The notes beneath the pieces were generated by a model. It was given only the letters and a program-made list of their open reading frames with translations, had not been told where the DNA came from and made no database searches. DNA of 64,000 nt, from assembly GCA_000146465.1 (NCBI GenBank), contig CP001949.1. One strand, written 5' to 3'. Shown here one piece after another: positions 1 to 10,262 of this stretch; the first letter of the stretch is position 1, and each line of letters begins with the position of its first letter. Both the position numbers and the translations under genes were made by a program.

Positions 1-75
1 GAGCTCTTCTATTATGCGTTCTTCAGGAACTTCGAAGTCTATGTTTCCAACAAAAATACTGCACCCGCTCTTCAT
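1..75 (-). CDS. 5' part of an RNA-binding (RRM) protein gene that continues beyond the window start; Rna15/CstF-64-like N-terminus
   Basis: Minus-strand ATG at about 73-75 reads MKSGCSIFVGNIDFEVPEERIIEEL. IFVGNI is an RNP2-like RRM motif. The gene is too short in the window to appear in the ORF track. Confidence 0.3.
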   Translation of the reverse strand, partial: MKSGCSIFVGNIDFEVPEERIIEEL

Positions 76-161
76 GGGCTTCCCAAAAATGGTTTATAAA
101 AACACCGGAAGTTGGGCAAAAATAGAAAATGGAGGCCTGTCCAACAAATAAAATTTAATAA

Positions 162-557
162 TCATTGCGATATCTTGAGTTTAGCCTCCTGAACTTCTTC
201 TAAATACTCATTGTCGCTGATGGGCTTTGCCTCCCAAGAAATCTTCAAACGCTCACTGGAAGAAACAAACGGAATAACGTGAAAGTGTACATGCGAGACG
301 GATTGGTGGTTTCCGTTATTTTGGAGAATATTATACTTCTCAAGCCCAAACTTTTTCACAAGATGTCCAATGACTCCAAGCACGTCGGACAATTCCTCGG
401 GGCGGCATTGGTGAAAGTACGGGTGGTGTGCCTTTGGAATCACAAGGAAATGTCCCTTTGATAAAGGATACCTGTCCATCAGTACAAAGGATGTGTCGGT
501 CTCATAAATGATGTTGGCGTCTTTCTGGTAAAGTGTGCAGAATATGCATTCTTCCAT
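162..557 (-). CDS. Histidine triad (HIT/Hint) nucleotide-binding protein
   Basis: HVHFHVIP histidine-triad motif. Internal start MEECIFC gives about 132 aa, typical of Hint. The longer upstream ORF extension is probably not translated. Confidence 0.8.
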   Translation of the reverse strand: MEECIFCTLYQKDANIIYETDTSFVLMDRYPLSKGHFLVIPKAHHPYFHQCRPEELSDVLGVIGHLVKKFGLEKYNILQNNGNHQSVSHVHFHVIPFVSSSERLKISWEAKPISDNEYLEEVQEAKLKISQ

Positions 558-619
558 TTGGGGAGTGTTCTCAGGAACCCAAATTATCATCATTATTTTC
601 AAAGTAAAAAACACCCAGA

Positions 620-2167
620 ATGCCAAAAAGGGAGTATATGGAGTATTATAAAAGGACTCTGGGAATGGATGGAGGAGACTTTGACGAATTCCATAGGTTT
701 TCTGAAAGGGATCTTGCCTATGCATTTAGAATCACAAATACACCGCTGGCCGGCATGATAAGAAGCAAGATAGAGAAGCATCCGTTTGTTCGGAAGATAA
801 AGTATCTTGAAGATGTCTATGAGTTCCATAAAAAGAAAGAAAAAGACGATGAGTATAGGGAATTTTCAAAGTTTTTAGTTAACCAGACCAGTATAGGGCT
901 AATTCAGAGGCAAGAGATTGTTAGTATGATTCCTGTTTCGCTAATGGAGTTGAAGAAAGACTCAAAGGTCATTGACATGTGTGCAGCCCCAGGATCGAAA
1001 ACAAAACAAATTCTTGATATTGTTACCAATGGACTTGTGATAGCAAATGACTCCAACGGAAAGAGACTGAAAGTGCTTGTAAGTGAGACTTCTAAGAAGC
1101 CCAATGGATCACTAATAATTAGTAAGCATGATGCCACCATATTTCCAAACGTATATGAAGGCGGAAAGCTAGTCAGGTTTGACCGTGTATTCTGTGATGT
1201 GGTTTGCTCTAGTGATGGAACCATAAGAAAAAGCCCCGGAATTCTTGAGGGATGGAAGCTTTCTCGGACCACAGGACTGTTTAACACTCAGTTTAGGATT
1301 CTGAAGAGAGGATGTAATCTTGTTGCAGAAGGAGGCCTGGTATCTTACTCCACATGCTCTTTGAACCCGATAGAGAATGAATGTGTAGTTCAAAAGATCC
1401 TTCTTGAAGGGGAGTTTGAACTAGTTGACTTCAGAAACGACCCAAGACTCGTACCTTTTCCTACCTGTGGAGATGGAACGAGACTTGTTTTCAGAGAGGG
1501 TCTGAGGAAGTGGGGAACCGAAGATCTGATTTTCAAGAATCCAGATTATCGGCCTTCCGATGTGGACGTGGGGCTTGAGAAATGCATTAGACTGTATCCA
1601 CATGACCAGGACACAGGAGGATTTTTCATTGCAATTCTAAGGAAGAAAAGGAATTTCGGAGAAGAGATAAATACTAAGGAGGTATCAAATGCATCCTTTC
1701 ATCATTTCATGTTTCTTTCAAAGAGCGAAAAGGAAGAAATATTCAAAACTTATTCAATATACATAGACGGAGAACTGTATAAGAAAAGAAAGAGTAGTAG
1801 TACTATAAGTACTGTATCGAGCATAGCAGCAAAGGTGCTTAGTGGAAATCCGGTACTTAATGTTATAAGTGCAGGCTACCGGATTCTTGAGAAATCGGGA
1901 TTATCCAATGCAGACTTTTATCTTAAAAACCTCTTTCATCGAGGAGAAGGACTTGAATGTAGCTTGAAGATCTCTATGGACCAGTTCAAACTTCTTCTGA
2001 ACGAGACGTTTGTTAGTAATGACCTTTTAGGTTTTGAGCATATAGGACTGGCCATCGCCCGAATTGAAGTGATAGGCATCACGCTCTGTGGATACGGAAG
2101 CCACACCTCATTTACTCTCTTTATGAACAATAATCTGAGAAGAGCATTAAAAGATCTAGTTTTGTGA
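620..2167 (+). CDS. NOL1/NOP2/Sun-family RNA (cytosine-5)-methyltransferase, Trm4/NCL1-like
   Basis: SAM-binding motif [10 protein letters not shown], catalytic motifs [15 protein letters not shown] and [11 protein letters not shown]. Confidence 0.8.
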   Translation: MPKREYMEYYKRTLGMDGGDFDEFHRFSERDLAYAFRITNTPLAGMIRSKIEKHPFVRKIKYLEDVYEFHKKKEKDDEYREFSKFLVNQTSIGLIQRQEIVSMIPVSLMELKKDSKVIDMCAAPGSKTKQILDIVTNGLVIANDSNGKRLKVLVSETSKKPNGSLIISKHDATIFPNVYEGGKLVRFDRVFCDVVCSSDGTIRKSPGILEGWKLSRTTGLFNTQFRILKRGCNLVAEGGLVSYSTCSLNPIENECVVQKILLEGEFELVDFRNDPRLVPFPTCGDGTRLVFREGLRKWGTEDLIFKNPDYRPSDVDVGLEKCIRLYPHDQDTGGFFIAILRKKRNFGEEINTKEVSNASFHHFMFLSKSEKEEIFKTYSIYIDGELYKKRKSSSTISTVSSIAAKVLSGNPVLNVISAGYRILEKSGLSNADFYLKNLFHRGEGLECSLKISMDQFKLLLNETFVSNDLLGFEHIGLAIARIEVIGITLCGYGSHTSFTLFMNNNLRRALKDLVL

Positions 2168-2232
2168 AGCGAACCAGTGTACAGCGTCCCCAAACCATTT
2201 ATTATTCAAGTGCTTTGCTACTAGGACAAATT

Positions 2233-2628
2233 TTATTTTCCTCGGGACTTGGCCTGGCTCTTTGAAAGAGCATTGTGAACTTCTCTTATGGCCAGCTTCC
2301 TCAACTCTCCCTTGAGCAAGATCTCAAAGGCACTTACAATGTCATCGGATCCCACGGTCTGCTTGCCAACCTTCCTTGCTAGCTCTCCTGCAAGGTCTGC
2401 AACTGTGTCAACAAAGTCAAAAGAAATCCCGCAGAGAACTTGGATTGAGTTGCTTGTCAGCATGATGTTGTTGTCCGGGCTGACCTCTCGAGAAATACGC
2501 TTGACTGCCGACTTGAACATTCCTCCAACGCACATGGAAGATGACTTCTTCTTAGACTTCTTTTTGTCGCCTCCATCCAAAGATGTTCCTGGAGCCTTAC
2601 CTGTAACATGTCTTGCGGACTTTGCCAT
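2233..2628 (-). CDS. Histone H2B (divergent)
   Basis: Lys-rich N-terminal tail followed by a histone-fold core that aligns with H2B (ISREV..IMLTSNSIQVL..DTVADLAGELARK..ILLKGELRKLAIREV). Confidence 0.7.
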   Translation of the reverse strand: MAKSARHVTGKAPGTSLDGGDKKKSKKKSSSMCVGGMFKSAVKRISREVSPDNNIMLTSNSIQVLCGISFDFVDTVADLAGELARKVGKQTVGSDDIVSAFEILLKGELRKLAIREVHNALSKSQAKSRGK

Positions 2629-2776
2629 TGTAAGGGGGATGTTTTTCTTTATTTATCCTTTTTGGCGGGTAATTGGGTGTTTTGGAGGGAAGCTGACCTA
2701 AAAGAAAGGAGACACAGATTGTTTTTGTTTATGTTTAAGGCTATGGAAAGGTTTCTTTTGAAACTTTGATGGGTAT

Positions 2777-4039
2777 ATGTTTAAACATGATTTTCATGAC
2801 CCATATAAGATGGAGGAGTATTTCCGGATATCCGATAGAACAAGGACTCTAGAGCATCAATATACAGATCTTCTTACCAGAAGACTGAGGTTTGAAACCT
2901 TGCTGGTTGAAGAGGACTACAGCAACCTTCTTGCAGCTCATGAGGAGTTTATTTCGAAGGCAAAGACCTCCGAAGACAACTATAAGGAGCAAATAGATGG
3001 CCTAAAGGCTATGGTCGACCAGCTCAACCATGATATGGCAGAAAGAGAAGACAACATAAGGAGACTTATGGAAGAAAATATTAATTTGGTAAGTATGGTT
3101 CAAAGGCTTGAGGAAAAAAGCAAGGAAGATCAAGGAGTAAGAAAGGGGCTAAACGAGCTAGTAGAAGACAGGTTGTGGGAAGCTCAAGACTTTAAAAAAA
3201 TGGATGAGATGCACAGAATTGTTAAGTCCGTCGAGGACGAGCTACGAAGCAACCTAAGCAAACTTCAGGAAGATTGTATTCGATACAGAGGGGATACAGA
3301 AAGAATGAGCTCTGAAATAGAGAAGCTGAAGCTAAAGAATGCCGAACACATAGAAAAGATGAAGGAGATCAAGGAAAGCAGGTCCGTCCTTGAAGATAAA
3401 ATGAAAAAACTAGAGGAAGAGAATAACAGACTTATGAGGGAGAACATTCATTCTGATGAGCTTCGAAGATTTATAAGTGAGAAAGATGAGATTATATCTG
3501 CATTAAAAGAAAACATGAGGCAGAAGTCAGAGGTAATTGAAATGCAGAAGAAAATGATTGCGAGTTCTCCAAAAGAGAGCAGGGTTGTTTTGAGCAATGA
3601 CGTCTACAATGTGTTTGAAGAGGACCTTAAGGCTGAGGAGAGTGACGGAGAGCTAGAACTAGGAGATGGATATGGCACTAAGGAGCAGCTTTGGAATGAC
3701 ATCTCCTCTCAGCCCAAGCCTGTAGGAAAGAGTGCTAAAAGCTTGGGATCTGGAAGAAAGAAGACGGCGGCCCCTAAAAGAGAAAAGACAAGAAAAGTTC
3801 CTCCAAAACTTACAGCAACCATAGATAGAAGTAATGCCAGAGAAAATGCAGACAATAAGATTTCTGGCAAATTACTAGACATCCAGGAAGCCCCAAAGGC
3901 TTCGGAGCCATCCAAAAAACTATTTACTCCGGGATTTTTGCTTAAGCCTGAAAACTCCTCATACTTTGCAGACTTAACATTCAACAACTCAAGTCCAATT
4001 ATAAAGAAGGACCAGCCTAATCTTCCCAAGAAGAGGTAG
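2777..4039 (+). CDS. Coiled-coil protein with basic C-terminus, function unknown
   Basis: Long uninterrupted ORF rich in heptad E/K/L repeats. No recognisable catalytic motif. Confidence 0.5.
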   Translation: MFKHDFHDPYKMEEYFRISDRTRTLEHQYTDLLTRRLRFETLLVEEDYSNLLAAHEEFISKAKTSEDNYKEQIDGLKAMVDQLNHDMAEREDNIRRLMEENINLVSMVQRLEEKSKEDQGVRKGLNELVEDRLWEAQDFKKMDEMHRIVKSVEDELRSNLSKLQEDCIRYRGDTERMSSEIEKLKLKNAEHIEKMKEIKESRSVLEDKMKKLEEENNRLMRENIHSDELRRFISEKDEIISALKENMRQKSEVIEMQKKMIASSPKESRVVLSNDVYNVFEEDLKAEESDGELELGDGYGTKEQLWNDISSQPKPVGKSAKSLGSGRKKTAAPKREKTRKVPPKLTATIDRSNARENADNKISGKLLDIQEAPKASEPSKKLFTPGFLLKPENSSYFADLTFNNSSPIIKKDQPNLPKKR

Positions 4040-4133
4040 ACATATTTATCTCTATCCACTTGAATTGTGATTAAAGGAGCCTGTTTTTCAGACTCTTTTC
4101 CCTTAAGAAATGGGAAAGTTGTTCAGATTTTTA

Positions 4134-4961
4134 TTAAAAAAGTCGAGGAATGAAAATCTTGAAAAATCCACTGGCGGTATATACTGTTGCGAGTATTCCA
4201 AGCATAAATAAACTGCAGAAGATTATAGAAAGGAGATTTATGCCTTCCTTCTCTAGAGAGACTGGCTTTCCAACATAATTTTTGAGAGCTATCAAGATAG
4301 AAATTAATGCACAAGGAATATCATATAGCATAGTCTTATTTCTCCACGAAAGGAATGCCATGAAGAACATTATAGTAAGAGCTGTTGGATAAAGAAATTG
4401 ATAAATATCATCACTTTGTAAGAAAAACGACGATTTCCATGTGCATCTAAAGAGATACACCAACGAAACCATTAGGCTATAGATCCTCGCATCTCTTTTC
4501 GAGGATTCTTCTTCTTGTATGTAGAGAAGATGGGTAGTTAAAATGATCCCAAAAGCTATTTGAAATACTGATATTAAGTTCTTGAATTCAAGAAGTTTGC
4601 GAATATCAGGGTTTCTTCTGTATGAAGCATGAAGCCTTTCAACTGCTTCAATCCATGAGAAGACTATTGCAGTCATAAGAATGCAAAAGCTAAAATACTT
4701 GCTTTCCATTTTAAAGATACCCAACATTATTGATTTAAGAATCAAAATAAAACTGAAAATGATATCATAGTCGATATCAAACTTCCAGTGTATATTAACT
4801 CTGTCGCCGATTCTACAGATGAAGAAGGAAGACTTTTCCCCATCTTCGTCAAGAAGAGTCTCCCTTACCTTTACATGGAATTCCTTTATGTTTTTCTCGT
4901 TTTTTTCATGGAGCTCTTCAATGTTCTCTTGGATTTGGCGTGCCCAGTCTAGCTCTTTCAT
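4134..4961 (-). CDS. Polytopic membrane protein, unknown family
   Basis: About 70-aa charged N-terminus followed by 5-6 hydrophobic segments. Confidence 0.5.
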   Translation of the reverse strand: MKELDWARQIQENIEELHEKNEKNIKEFHVKVRETLLDEDGEKSSFFICRIGDRVNIHWKFDIDYDIIFSFILILKSIMLGIFKMESKYFSFCILMTAIVFSWIEAVERLHASYRRNPDIRKLLEFKNLISVFQIAFGIILTTHLLYIQEEESSKRDARIYSLMVSLVYLFRCTWKSSFFLQSDDIYQFLYPTALTIMFFMAFLSWRNKTMLYDIPCALISILIALKNYVGKPVSLEKEGINLLSIIFCSLFMLGILATVYTASGFFKIFIPRLF

Positions 4962-4993
4962 TTCAATACCCTTCTAGCTATTTACAAATATAA

Positions 4994-5581
4994 TTGGAAA
5001 AGCGGAAATCGTTGTACCCAAAAAGGCCCATGAACAAGGAAGACGATAGAGACGTCACAGGAGTAGGGAAAAGTGATCCCGCAGAGAACAGAAGCAGGCA
5101 AAAGAGGGCCAGAGGAGGAGAAGGGCGGGGAGAAAAGAGGGATCAGAGCCCTGAGGAGATCTTGGAGTTATCGAGATCTTTGAGGAAAAGAATGCAGAGG
5201 ATCTTGAGGGAAGACAATGCAAACAATCAGAAAGGGCTTCCAGCAATTGGGAAGATGGAAAGCGTTGAGGAGATATCAGACATCTTAATGAATAAGGGGT
5301 TACAGGAAAGCCTTTTGGATGAGGGCATCCTTAACGAAATCAAAGGATGGCTGGAGCCTCTCCCCGACAAATCCATGCCCAACATAAAAGTTAAAAAGAG
5401 ACTTCTGGATGTACTCAAGAACATGAGGATTCATAAGGAACACTTGGTCACGAGTGGAGTGGGGAAGATTGTTTATTTCTACACCATAAACCCCAAGGAA
5501 GCAAAGGAGATAAAATCGATGGCAAAAACACTCGTACAGAAGTGGACCAGTGAGATCTTCAAGCCAGAGAATGACGATTGA
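4994..5581 (+). CDS. IWS1/Spn1-like transcription elongation factor (TFIIS N-terminal domain)
   Basis: C-terminal ..LVTSGVGKIVYFYTINPKEAKEIKSMAKTLVQKW.. matches the Iws1/TFIIS-N (LW) domain. Arg/Glu-rich N-terminus. Confidence 0.55.
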   Translation: MEKRKSLYPKRPMNKEDDRDVTGVGKSDPAENRSRQKRARGGEGRGEKRDQSPEEILELSRSLRKRMQRILREDNANNQKGLPAIGKMESVEEISDILMNKGLQESLLDEGILNEIKGWLEPLPDKSMPNIKVKKRLLDVLKNMRIHKEHLVTSGVGKIVYFYTINPKEAKEIKSMAKTLVQKWTSEIFKPENDD

Positions 5582-5644
5582 GAGATTTCGAGAAGGCATC
5601 TCTTTTGTTGTATACAATCCAGACTTCTGCCTTTATGGGTCTTC

Positions 5645-6004
5645 TCAAATAAACAGAAACTCAAACAGATTACTAACGTCATTCTTCATGCAGAACTCTT
5701 CAAGATACTTTATAAATTCATATCTGTTCATGTTCATACTCTTCCGGACTGGGAGGCCATGTATCCATGCAAAGTAATAGTCAATGAGGTTATCTACTTC
5801 TTTTCGTATCAGCTTCTCATTAAGGCGGACATCCTCTTCTGAAGACGTTCTATTAGTATGGTCTACTAGAAATGCTATGCCCTTCTCTGACACAAGGAAT
5901 TTCTTTACTATTTCCTTTTCGTTGTATCTTTTCTGCCTCTCTACTCCTTCTGTTCTTTTCCTGTTCATGCTTAAGCATGGGGATATCCTTTTAAACAAAA
6001 TCAT
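5645..6004 (-). CDS. Hypothetical protein. The track ORF starts at a TTG at 6037; the first ATG is at 6004.
   Basis: Open frame immediately downstream of, and in a different frame from, the Aos1-like gene. No motif recognised. Confidence 0.35.
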   Translation of the reverse strand: MILFKRISPCLSMNRKRTEGVERQKRYNEKEIVKKFLVSEKGIAFLVDHTNRTSSEEDVRLNEKLIRKEVDNLIDYYFAWIHGLPVRKSMNMNRYEFIKYLEEFCMKNDVSNLFEFLFI

Positions 6005-6026
6005 CGGGAATATGAAGCGACCCCAT

Positions 6027-6569
6027 TTAGATCTCAAGCCTGAATTCGTCTACAAAAGATCTCTTTTGAAGTTTCTTCACCCACTCCTGCACTATTATGG
6101 CACCAAGTAAGCAGTCGTGAGCAACAGAGACACTGTCATATTCTCTACAAACGTGTTCTTGGTCAAGAGGATGGAACGCCATACATCTGGAGCAAACATA
6201 AATGCTTGGACAATTTGTTCTCATTTTCATGTCAATGAAGATGGCCTGGGTGCACCTGGCCCAGATTTCTTCATCCTTTTCTTGATCAATGGTTGTCACT
6301 TTTACCTCCTCATTTATTTTTTCAATCTTATTAGCAAATATTTTCTTGAAGGAGACAAGGACGTCTGCATTTACCGTTATCTTCCTTACTCCAAGGAGCA
6401 CCAGATTCTTGAGTATTTCTCCCCCAACATCGTTGATCCTTTTCTCTCCAGCCATGATGTACGGAGGTCCCTGCACCACTACCACGTGTGACTCTTCTAT
6501 GGACTTCTGTGTGTCCTTTCCAAAAAGCCTTATCTGGCGGTCGTAAAGCCCATACAGCTCCTTTTCCAT
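6027..6569 (-). CDS. Minimal ThiF-fold E1 subunit, SUMO-activating enzyme Aos1/SAE1-like
   Basis: N-terminal LYDRQIRLFG (the E1 signature YDRQIRLWG). Nucleotide-binding segment GGEILKNLVLLGV. C-terminal GAIIVQEWVKKL aligns with VGGILAQEIVKAL of Aos1. Confidence 0.5.
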   Translation of the reverse strand: MEKELYGLYDRQIRLFGKDTQKSIEESHVVVVQGPPYIMAGEKRINDVGGEILKNLVLLGVRKITVNADVLVSFKKIFANKIEKINEEVKVTTIDQEKDEEIWARCTQAIFIDMKMRTNCPSIYVCSRCMAFHPLDQEHVCREYDSVSVAHDCLLGAIIVQEWVKKLQKRSFVDEFRLEI

Positions 6570-6625
6570 GAGGCCAGAAAAAATTTCTGCTCAAAACGTT
6601 TAATTTTCTTAAGCAACCATCCCCA

Positions 6626-7147
6626 ATGTCTGAGAAGAAGAAACAAGACGTTTACTTTGATGTGTATGCAAATGACGAGAGCCTTGGGAGAATTGTAATG
6701 AAGCTTGCCGATGATATTGTTCCAAAGACTGCCGAAAACTTCAGGGCACTTTGCGAGATGCCCGAGGGAAAGGGATACAAGAATTCCACCTTCCACAGAA
6801 TAATTCCTGGGTTTATGATTCAAGGGGGAGATTATACTGCACATAATGGAACCGGAGGAAAAAGCATCTACGAGACTGGGAAGTTCCCTGACGAGAACTT
6901 TGTCCTGAAGCATTCAAAGGCAGGGATTCTTTCAATGGCAAACTGTGGGCCTCACACAAATGGATCTCAGTTCTTTATAACCTTGGAGGAGACGCCATGG
7001 CTTAATGGAAAGCATGTTGTGTTTGGCGAGGTGGTTGAAGGAATGGACGTTGTGCACAAAATAGCCAAGTATGGATCCCAAACCGGCCAGGTCAGAAAAG
7101 GATATAAGATTGAGATAAGAGATTGCGGTGTTCTCAAGGAAAATTAA
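6626..7147 (+). CDS. Cyclophilin-type peptidyl-prolyl cis-trans isomerase
   Basis: [43 protein letters not shown]. Canonical CypA length. Confidence 0.95.
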   Translation: MSEKKKQDVYFDVYANDESLGRIVMKLADDIVPKTAENFRALCEMPEGKGYKNSTFHRIIPGFMIQGGDYTAHNGTGGKSIYETGKFPDENFVLKHSKAGILSMANCGPHTNGSQFFITLEETPWLNGKHVVFGEVVEGMDVVHKIAKYGSQTGQVRKGYKIEIRDCGVLKEN

Positions 7148-7183
7148 ACATCTTATTCAAGACTTTTTACAGTTCAACTTTTC

Positions 7184-7840
7184 GTGTATGCAGAAACCCT
7201 AGCAATGGAAAAGTTCTCTAAATACAATGATCCTCTTTCTGGAATCAATCCGTTTGTTGAAATCAAGAAAAAACCTCTCTCAATCCTTGACTATCTCAAA
7301 GCAATCCTGAAGATACCTCTTGTCCCTCTTCTTTTAGGGACGAGAATAAATGTTGTTCAACTTCTTGTCAGAATCAAGTCCAACAAAATTGAACGCCCTA
7401 AGGTCCTAGCAGCCAATGCATCTTCTCTCCTTGACATCTTTGTTCTGAAATATCTTACGGGAATCAAAAACTTCTATTATGTCACCGAGTCTGGTTTTGT
7501 AGATGCTAGGACCGGCCACTTCTGTGTGAAAACCATTGAACCTTGTGTATTATTTCCCGAGGGATGTCGGACAAACAACCGGGCTGTACTCCAATTTGCC
7601 CGAGACATTAAGGTTGACCATGTCTGTGGAATAAAGTATAGCAAGGAATGCATAGACATGTACGGAAATCCCATATGGTTTATTCTCAGACTTCTTGCAT
7701 CAGGTGGAACAGTCGACATCAACTTCAGGAAAAGTAATGACTTGAGTGATATTTGCAAACTCTCTGGACTTCCACAGGTAAAGTGGGCATCCAAAGATAA
7801 GGACAGGTTTGTAGAGGAGTTTGTTAAGAAATCAGAATAA
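7184..7840 (+). CDS. Lysophospholipid/glycerol-3-phosphate acyltransferase-like protein
   Basis: FPEGCRTNN matches the FPEG(T)C(T)NN acyltransferase motif III. Hydrophobic N-terminal half. Confidence 0.45.
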   Translation: MYAETLAMEKFSKYNDPLSGINPFVEIKKKPLSILDYLKAILKIPLVPLLLGTRINVVQLLVRIKSNKIERPKVLAANASSLLDIFVLKYLTGIKNFYYVTESGFVDARTGHFCVKTIEPCVLFPEGCRTNNRAVLQFARDIKVDHVCGIKYSKECIDMYGNPIWFILRLLASGGTVDINFRKSNDLSDICKLSGLPQVKWASKDKDRFVEEFVKKSE

Positions 7841-7845
7841 AGAAT

Positions 7846-9294
7846 TTATTTCTTTCTCAGAATGGAACCTTCATTATTGTCCTCAATAATATATCCATGA
7901 TCTTTAATGCTTTCTCGTATCCAATCGCATTTTTTAAGAAAGGAAGAATAGGGTTCCTTTTGTCTTGCCATTCTTCTGATGTTTTCTCTGAAGTCTCCAA
8001 GCAACTGTGCAATCGAGTCCTCCTTGGAAGAGGTCTGGGCCTCCACTTCATTCAGCCCGAATACTTCCATGATTTCTTTGATGTAATCCTTAACAACAAG
8101 AACCGTCGATGACGATATATCTTTCATCCTTGAGTTTGTAAAGTTTATCATTTCCACAATCTTCTTCATCACTGTAGGAGTATCAATGTTATCAAGAATT
8201 GAGTTATGAATGACCTTCTGAACATTTTTAAGCTCGCCCAGAACCTCTCTGTCGGCATCCTCCAGGGTCTTGAATTCCAAAGTGTTTTTTCTCATACTTT
8301 CTGCCACAGACATAAAGTTGAATATCTTTTTCTCGATGCTTTCTGCAAACTTCAGATGTTCTCTTTCATAGTTCATATCCTTGTTCCATTGGTGGTGGAG
8401 AAACAGAATCCTTAGCTGCCGGGGAGAAATCACCTCCAAAGCTTCTTTAATTGTTGTAAAGTTCTTCAAGGATTTGGACATCTTCAGTCCATCAATGTTC
8501 AAATGCCCTGTATGAAGAAAACATTTCACCCAAGGTTCCTTCATGAAGTAGGCCTGGCACTGTGCTATTTCGTTCTCATGGTGGGGGAAGGCAAGATCAA
8601 TCCCTCCGGCATGTATGTCAAGATCTTCTCCAAGAATATCACTAGACATCACGCTGCATTCAATATGCCATCCTGGTCTTCCGTATCCCCATTTCGACTC
8701 ATACCTCGGCTCGTTTTCCTTTGACTTTTTCCATAGTACAAAGTCACATGGATTTCTTTTGTCTTTGTTTTCGTCTCCTTCGGTGTTTATCCCGTCCTTA
8801 TTCTTGAACAGTGGATAACCGTGTTTATCCTGATACTTGTTCAGGTTGAAATATACACTTCCCTCACTCTCATAAGCAAATCCATTTACCTCCAGTTTCT
8901 CGATAAATTTTATAATCTTATCAACATAAGACGTCACAAATGTAACAAACGAAGGGGGACGCACATTCAGGGCTTTCATGTCTTCAAAAAACTCCTCTGT
9001 GTATTTCCTAGTAACCTCGTCCATGGAGACCCCTGTTTCATTCGCCCTGACTATTATCTTGTCGTCGATGTCTGTTATGTTCATCACAAAATTCACATTG
9101 TATCTCAGATAATCGCTTAGGACACGCCTTATCACATCAAACATCACATAGGTTCTTGCATGTCCTATATGTGGAGAGTCGTACACCGTCGGCCCACATA
9201 TATACATCTTCACCTCATTGTCTCTTCTGGGTATAAAGACTTCGCTGGTCTTACTGATCGAATTGTAGAGCTTTAAAGTCCTATCCATGGTCAT
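7846..9294 (-). CDS. Cysteinyl-tRNA synthetase
   Basis: HIGH motif (CGPTVYDSPHIGHAR) and KMSKS motif. Its stop is 5 nt from the stop of the upstream gene. Confidence 0.95.
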   Translation of the reverse strand: MTMDRTLKLYNSISKTSEVFIPRRDNEVKMYICGPTVYDSPHIGHARTYVMFDVIRRVLSDYLRYNVNFVMNITDIDDKIIVRANETGVSMDEVTRKYTEEFFEDMKALNVRPPSFVTFVTSYVDKIIKFIEKLEVNGFAYESEGSVYFNLNKYQDKHGYPLFKNKDGINTEGDENKDKRNPCDFVLWKKSKENEPRYESKWGYGRPGWHIECSVMSSDILGEDLDIHAGGIDLAFPHHENEIAQCQAYFMKEPWVKCFLHTGHLNIDGLKMSKSLKNFTTIKEALEVISPRQLRILFLHHQWNKDMNYEREHLKFAESIEKKIFNFMSVAESMRKNTLEFKTLEDADREVLGELKNVQKVIHNSILDNIDTPTVMKKIVEMINFTNSRMKDISSSTVLVVKDYIKEIMEVFGLNEVEAQTSSKEDSIAQLLGDFRENIRRMARQKEPYSSFLKKCDWIRESIKDHGYIIEDNNEGSILRKK

Positions 9295-9562
9295 CGGGGC
9301 TTGGCCTAATTTTACATTTCAAACTTTGAAGAATTTAATTGTCTCTATTTCCAGAATATTTTCTATGAAAGATTCCTGCTATTCTTCCAATCAACATTCC
9401 TCATTTTGTTTTCCATTTCCTCTTTCACCACACACTGTTTAATTTCCTCAGCCAGCCTCTCCTTTTCATAAGTACAAAATACTCGGAAACATTTTTTTTC
9501 CGGGTTGTTCTTTGTCATCTTATGGGCTTCTTCAAACCCACGCTCTTTATTTTGCTCAGGAC

Positions 9563-10252
9563 TTAGCCTCTATAAACAATCTCGTCTTTACTCACAAGAT
9601 CTATAATATCTCCTGGCCTTGTAACATCAGCTGTGCTTGCCTTGGGATTCAGAACAACTCCGTTTCTAACCAAAAGGTCTCCTTCAAATCCCATCTCTCC
9701 AAGCCGTTCGAAAATTCCTTCAACCGAAAGCTCCTTAGAAACGCTGAGTTCAACTACTTTAGCGTAGTCAACATTTATTTTCAGCCTAATTCCTGCTTCT
9801 CTCGAAGTCTGCCCCTGCCTATGAATCATAATCCAATGGCTTTCGTCAAATCCTATCTCTTCTAGCGTTAGATGCCTTGATATAGGAACCGACTTGTACT
9901 TCATCTTTATTGGAGAATCTTCCCTATGGTAAACCTTATATATGTCCTCTAATGTATCTGTACTCTTTAGATGGAATATTCTCTCCAGGCCCTGGTCAAC
10001 AACCGTTACTCTGCACAGTCCTTTTCCTCTGTAGGAGTCATCCTTAAGCCTTTTTCTATCATCTTCATCATTCGGGTTTTCTTCTACAGCTCGCTTTCTT
10101 CCTTTCCTAGAAGATTCAGCTCTTCCAGATCCTTTTCTTCTCTCATTGGGCAATTTCCTGCCTTCTCTAACAATCTCCACTATGCTTACCTCATCGCTAT
10201 CATGATCCACTCTCTCGGCAAGAACTATTTCACTAGAAGAATCGTCTCCCAT
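9563..10252 (-). CDS. Protein with two C-terminal ubiquitin/SUMO-like domains (Rad60/Esc2/NIP45-like architecture)
   Basis: Charged K/R/D/E-rich N-terminus followed by two beta-grasp-like segments (VTVVDQGLERIFHLKSTDTLEDIYKVY.. and IRLKINVDYAKVVELSVSKELSVEGIFERL..GDIIDLV). Start taken at the MGDDSSSE methionine. Confidence 0.35.
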   Translation of the reverse strand: MGDDSSSEIVLAERVDHDSDEVSIVEIVREGRKLPNERRKGSGRAESSRKGRKRAVEENPNDEDDRKRLKDDSYRGKGLCRVTVVDQGLERIFHLKSTDTLEDIYKVYHREDSPIKMKYKSVPISRHLTLEEIGFDESHWIMIHRQGQTSREAGIRLKINVDYAKVVELSVSKELSVEGIFERLGEMGFEGDLLVRNGVVLNPKASTADVTRPGDIIDLVSKDEIVYRG

Positions 10253-10262
10253 CGACTCGAGG

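Noticed and set aside
1079-1122. Plus-strand GTAAGTGA motif inside the Trm4/NCL1 gene with an AG 44 nt downstream
   Set aside because: The ORF is continuous through it with conserved sequence on both sides, and 44 nt is not a multiple of 3. It is a chance match to the 5' splice-site consensus.
2288-2701. 137-aa plus-strand ORF overlapping histone H2B, and many similar 60-130-aa ORFs antisense to or out of frame with confident genes (for example 8821-9120, 15562-16266, 31678-32199, 53924-54643, 63035-63502)
   Set aside because: They lie fully within well-supported genes on the other strand or frame, have low-complexity composition and no motifs. These are typical spurious ORFs.
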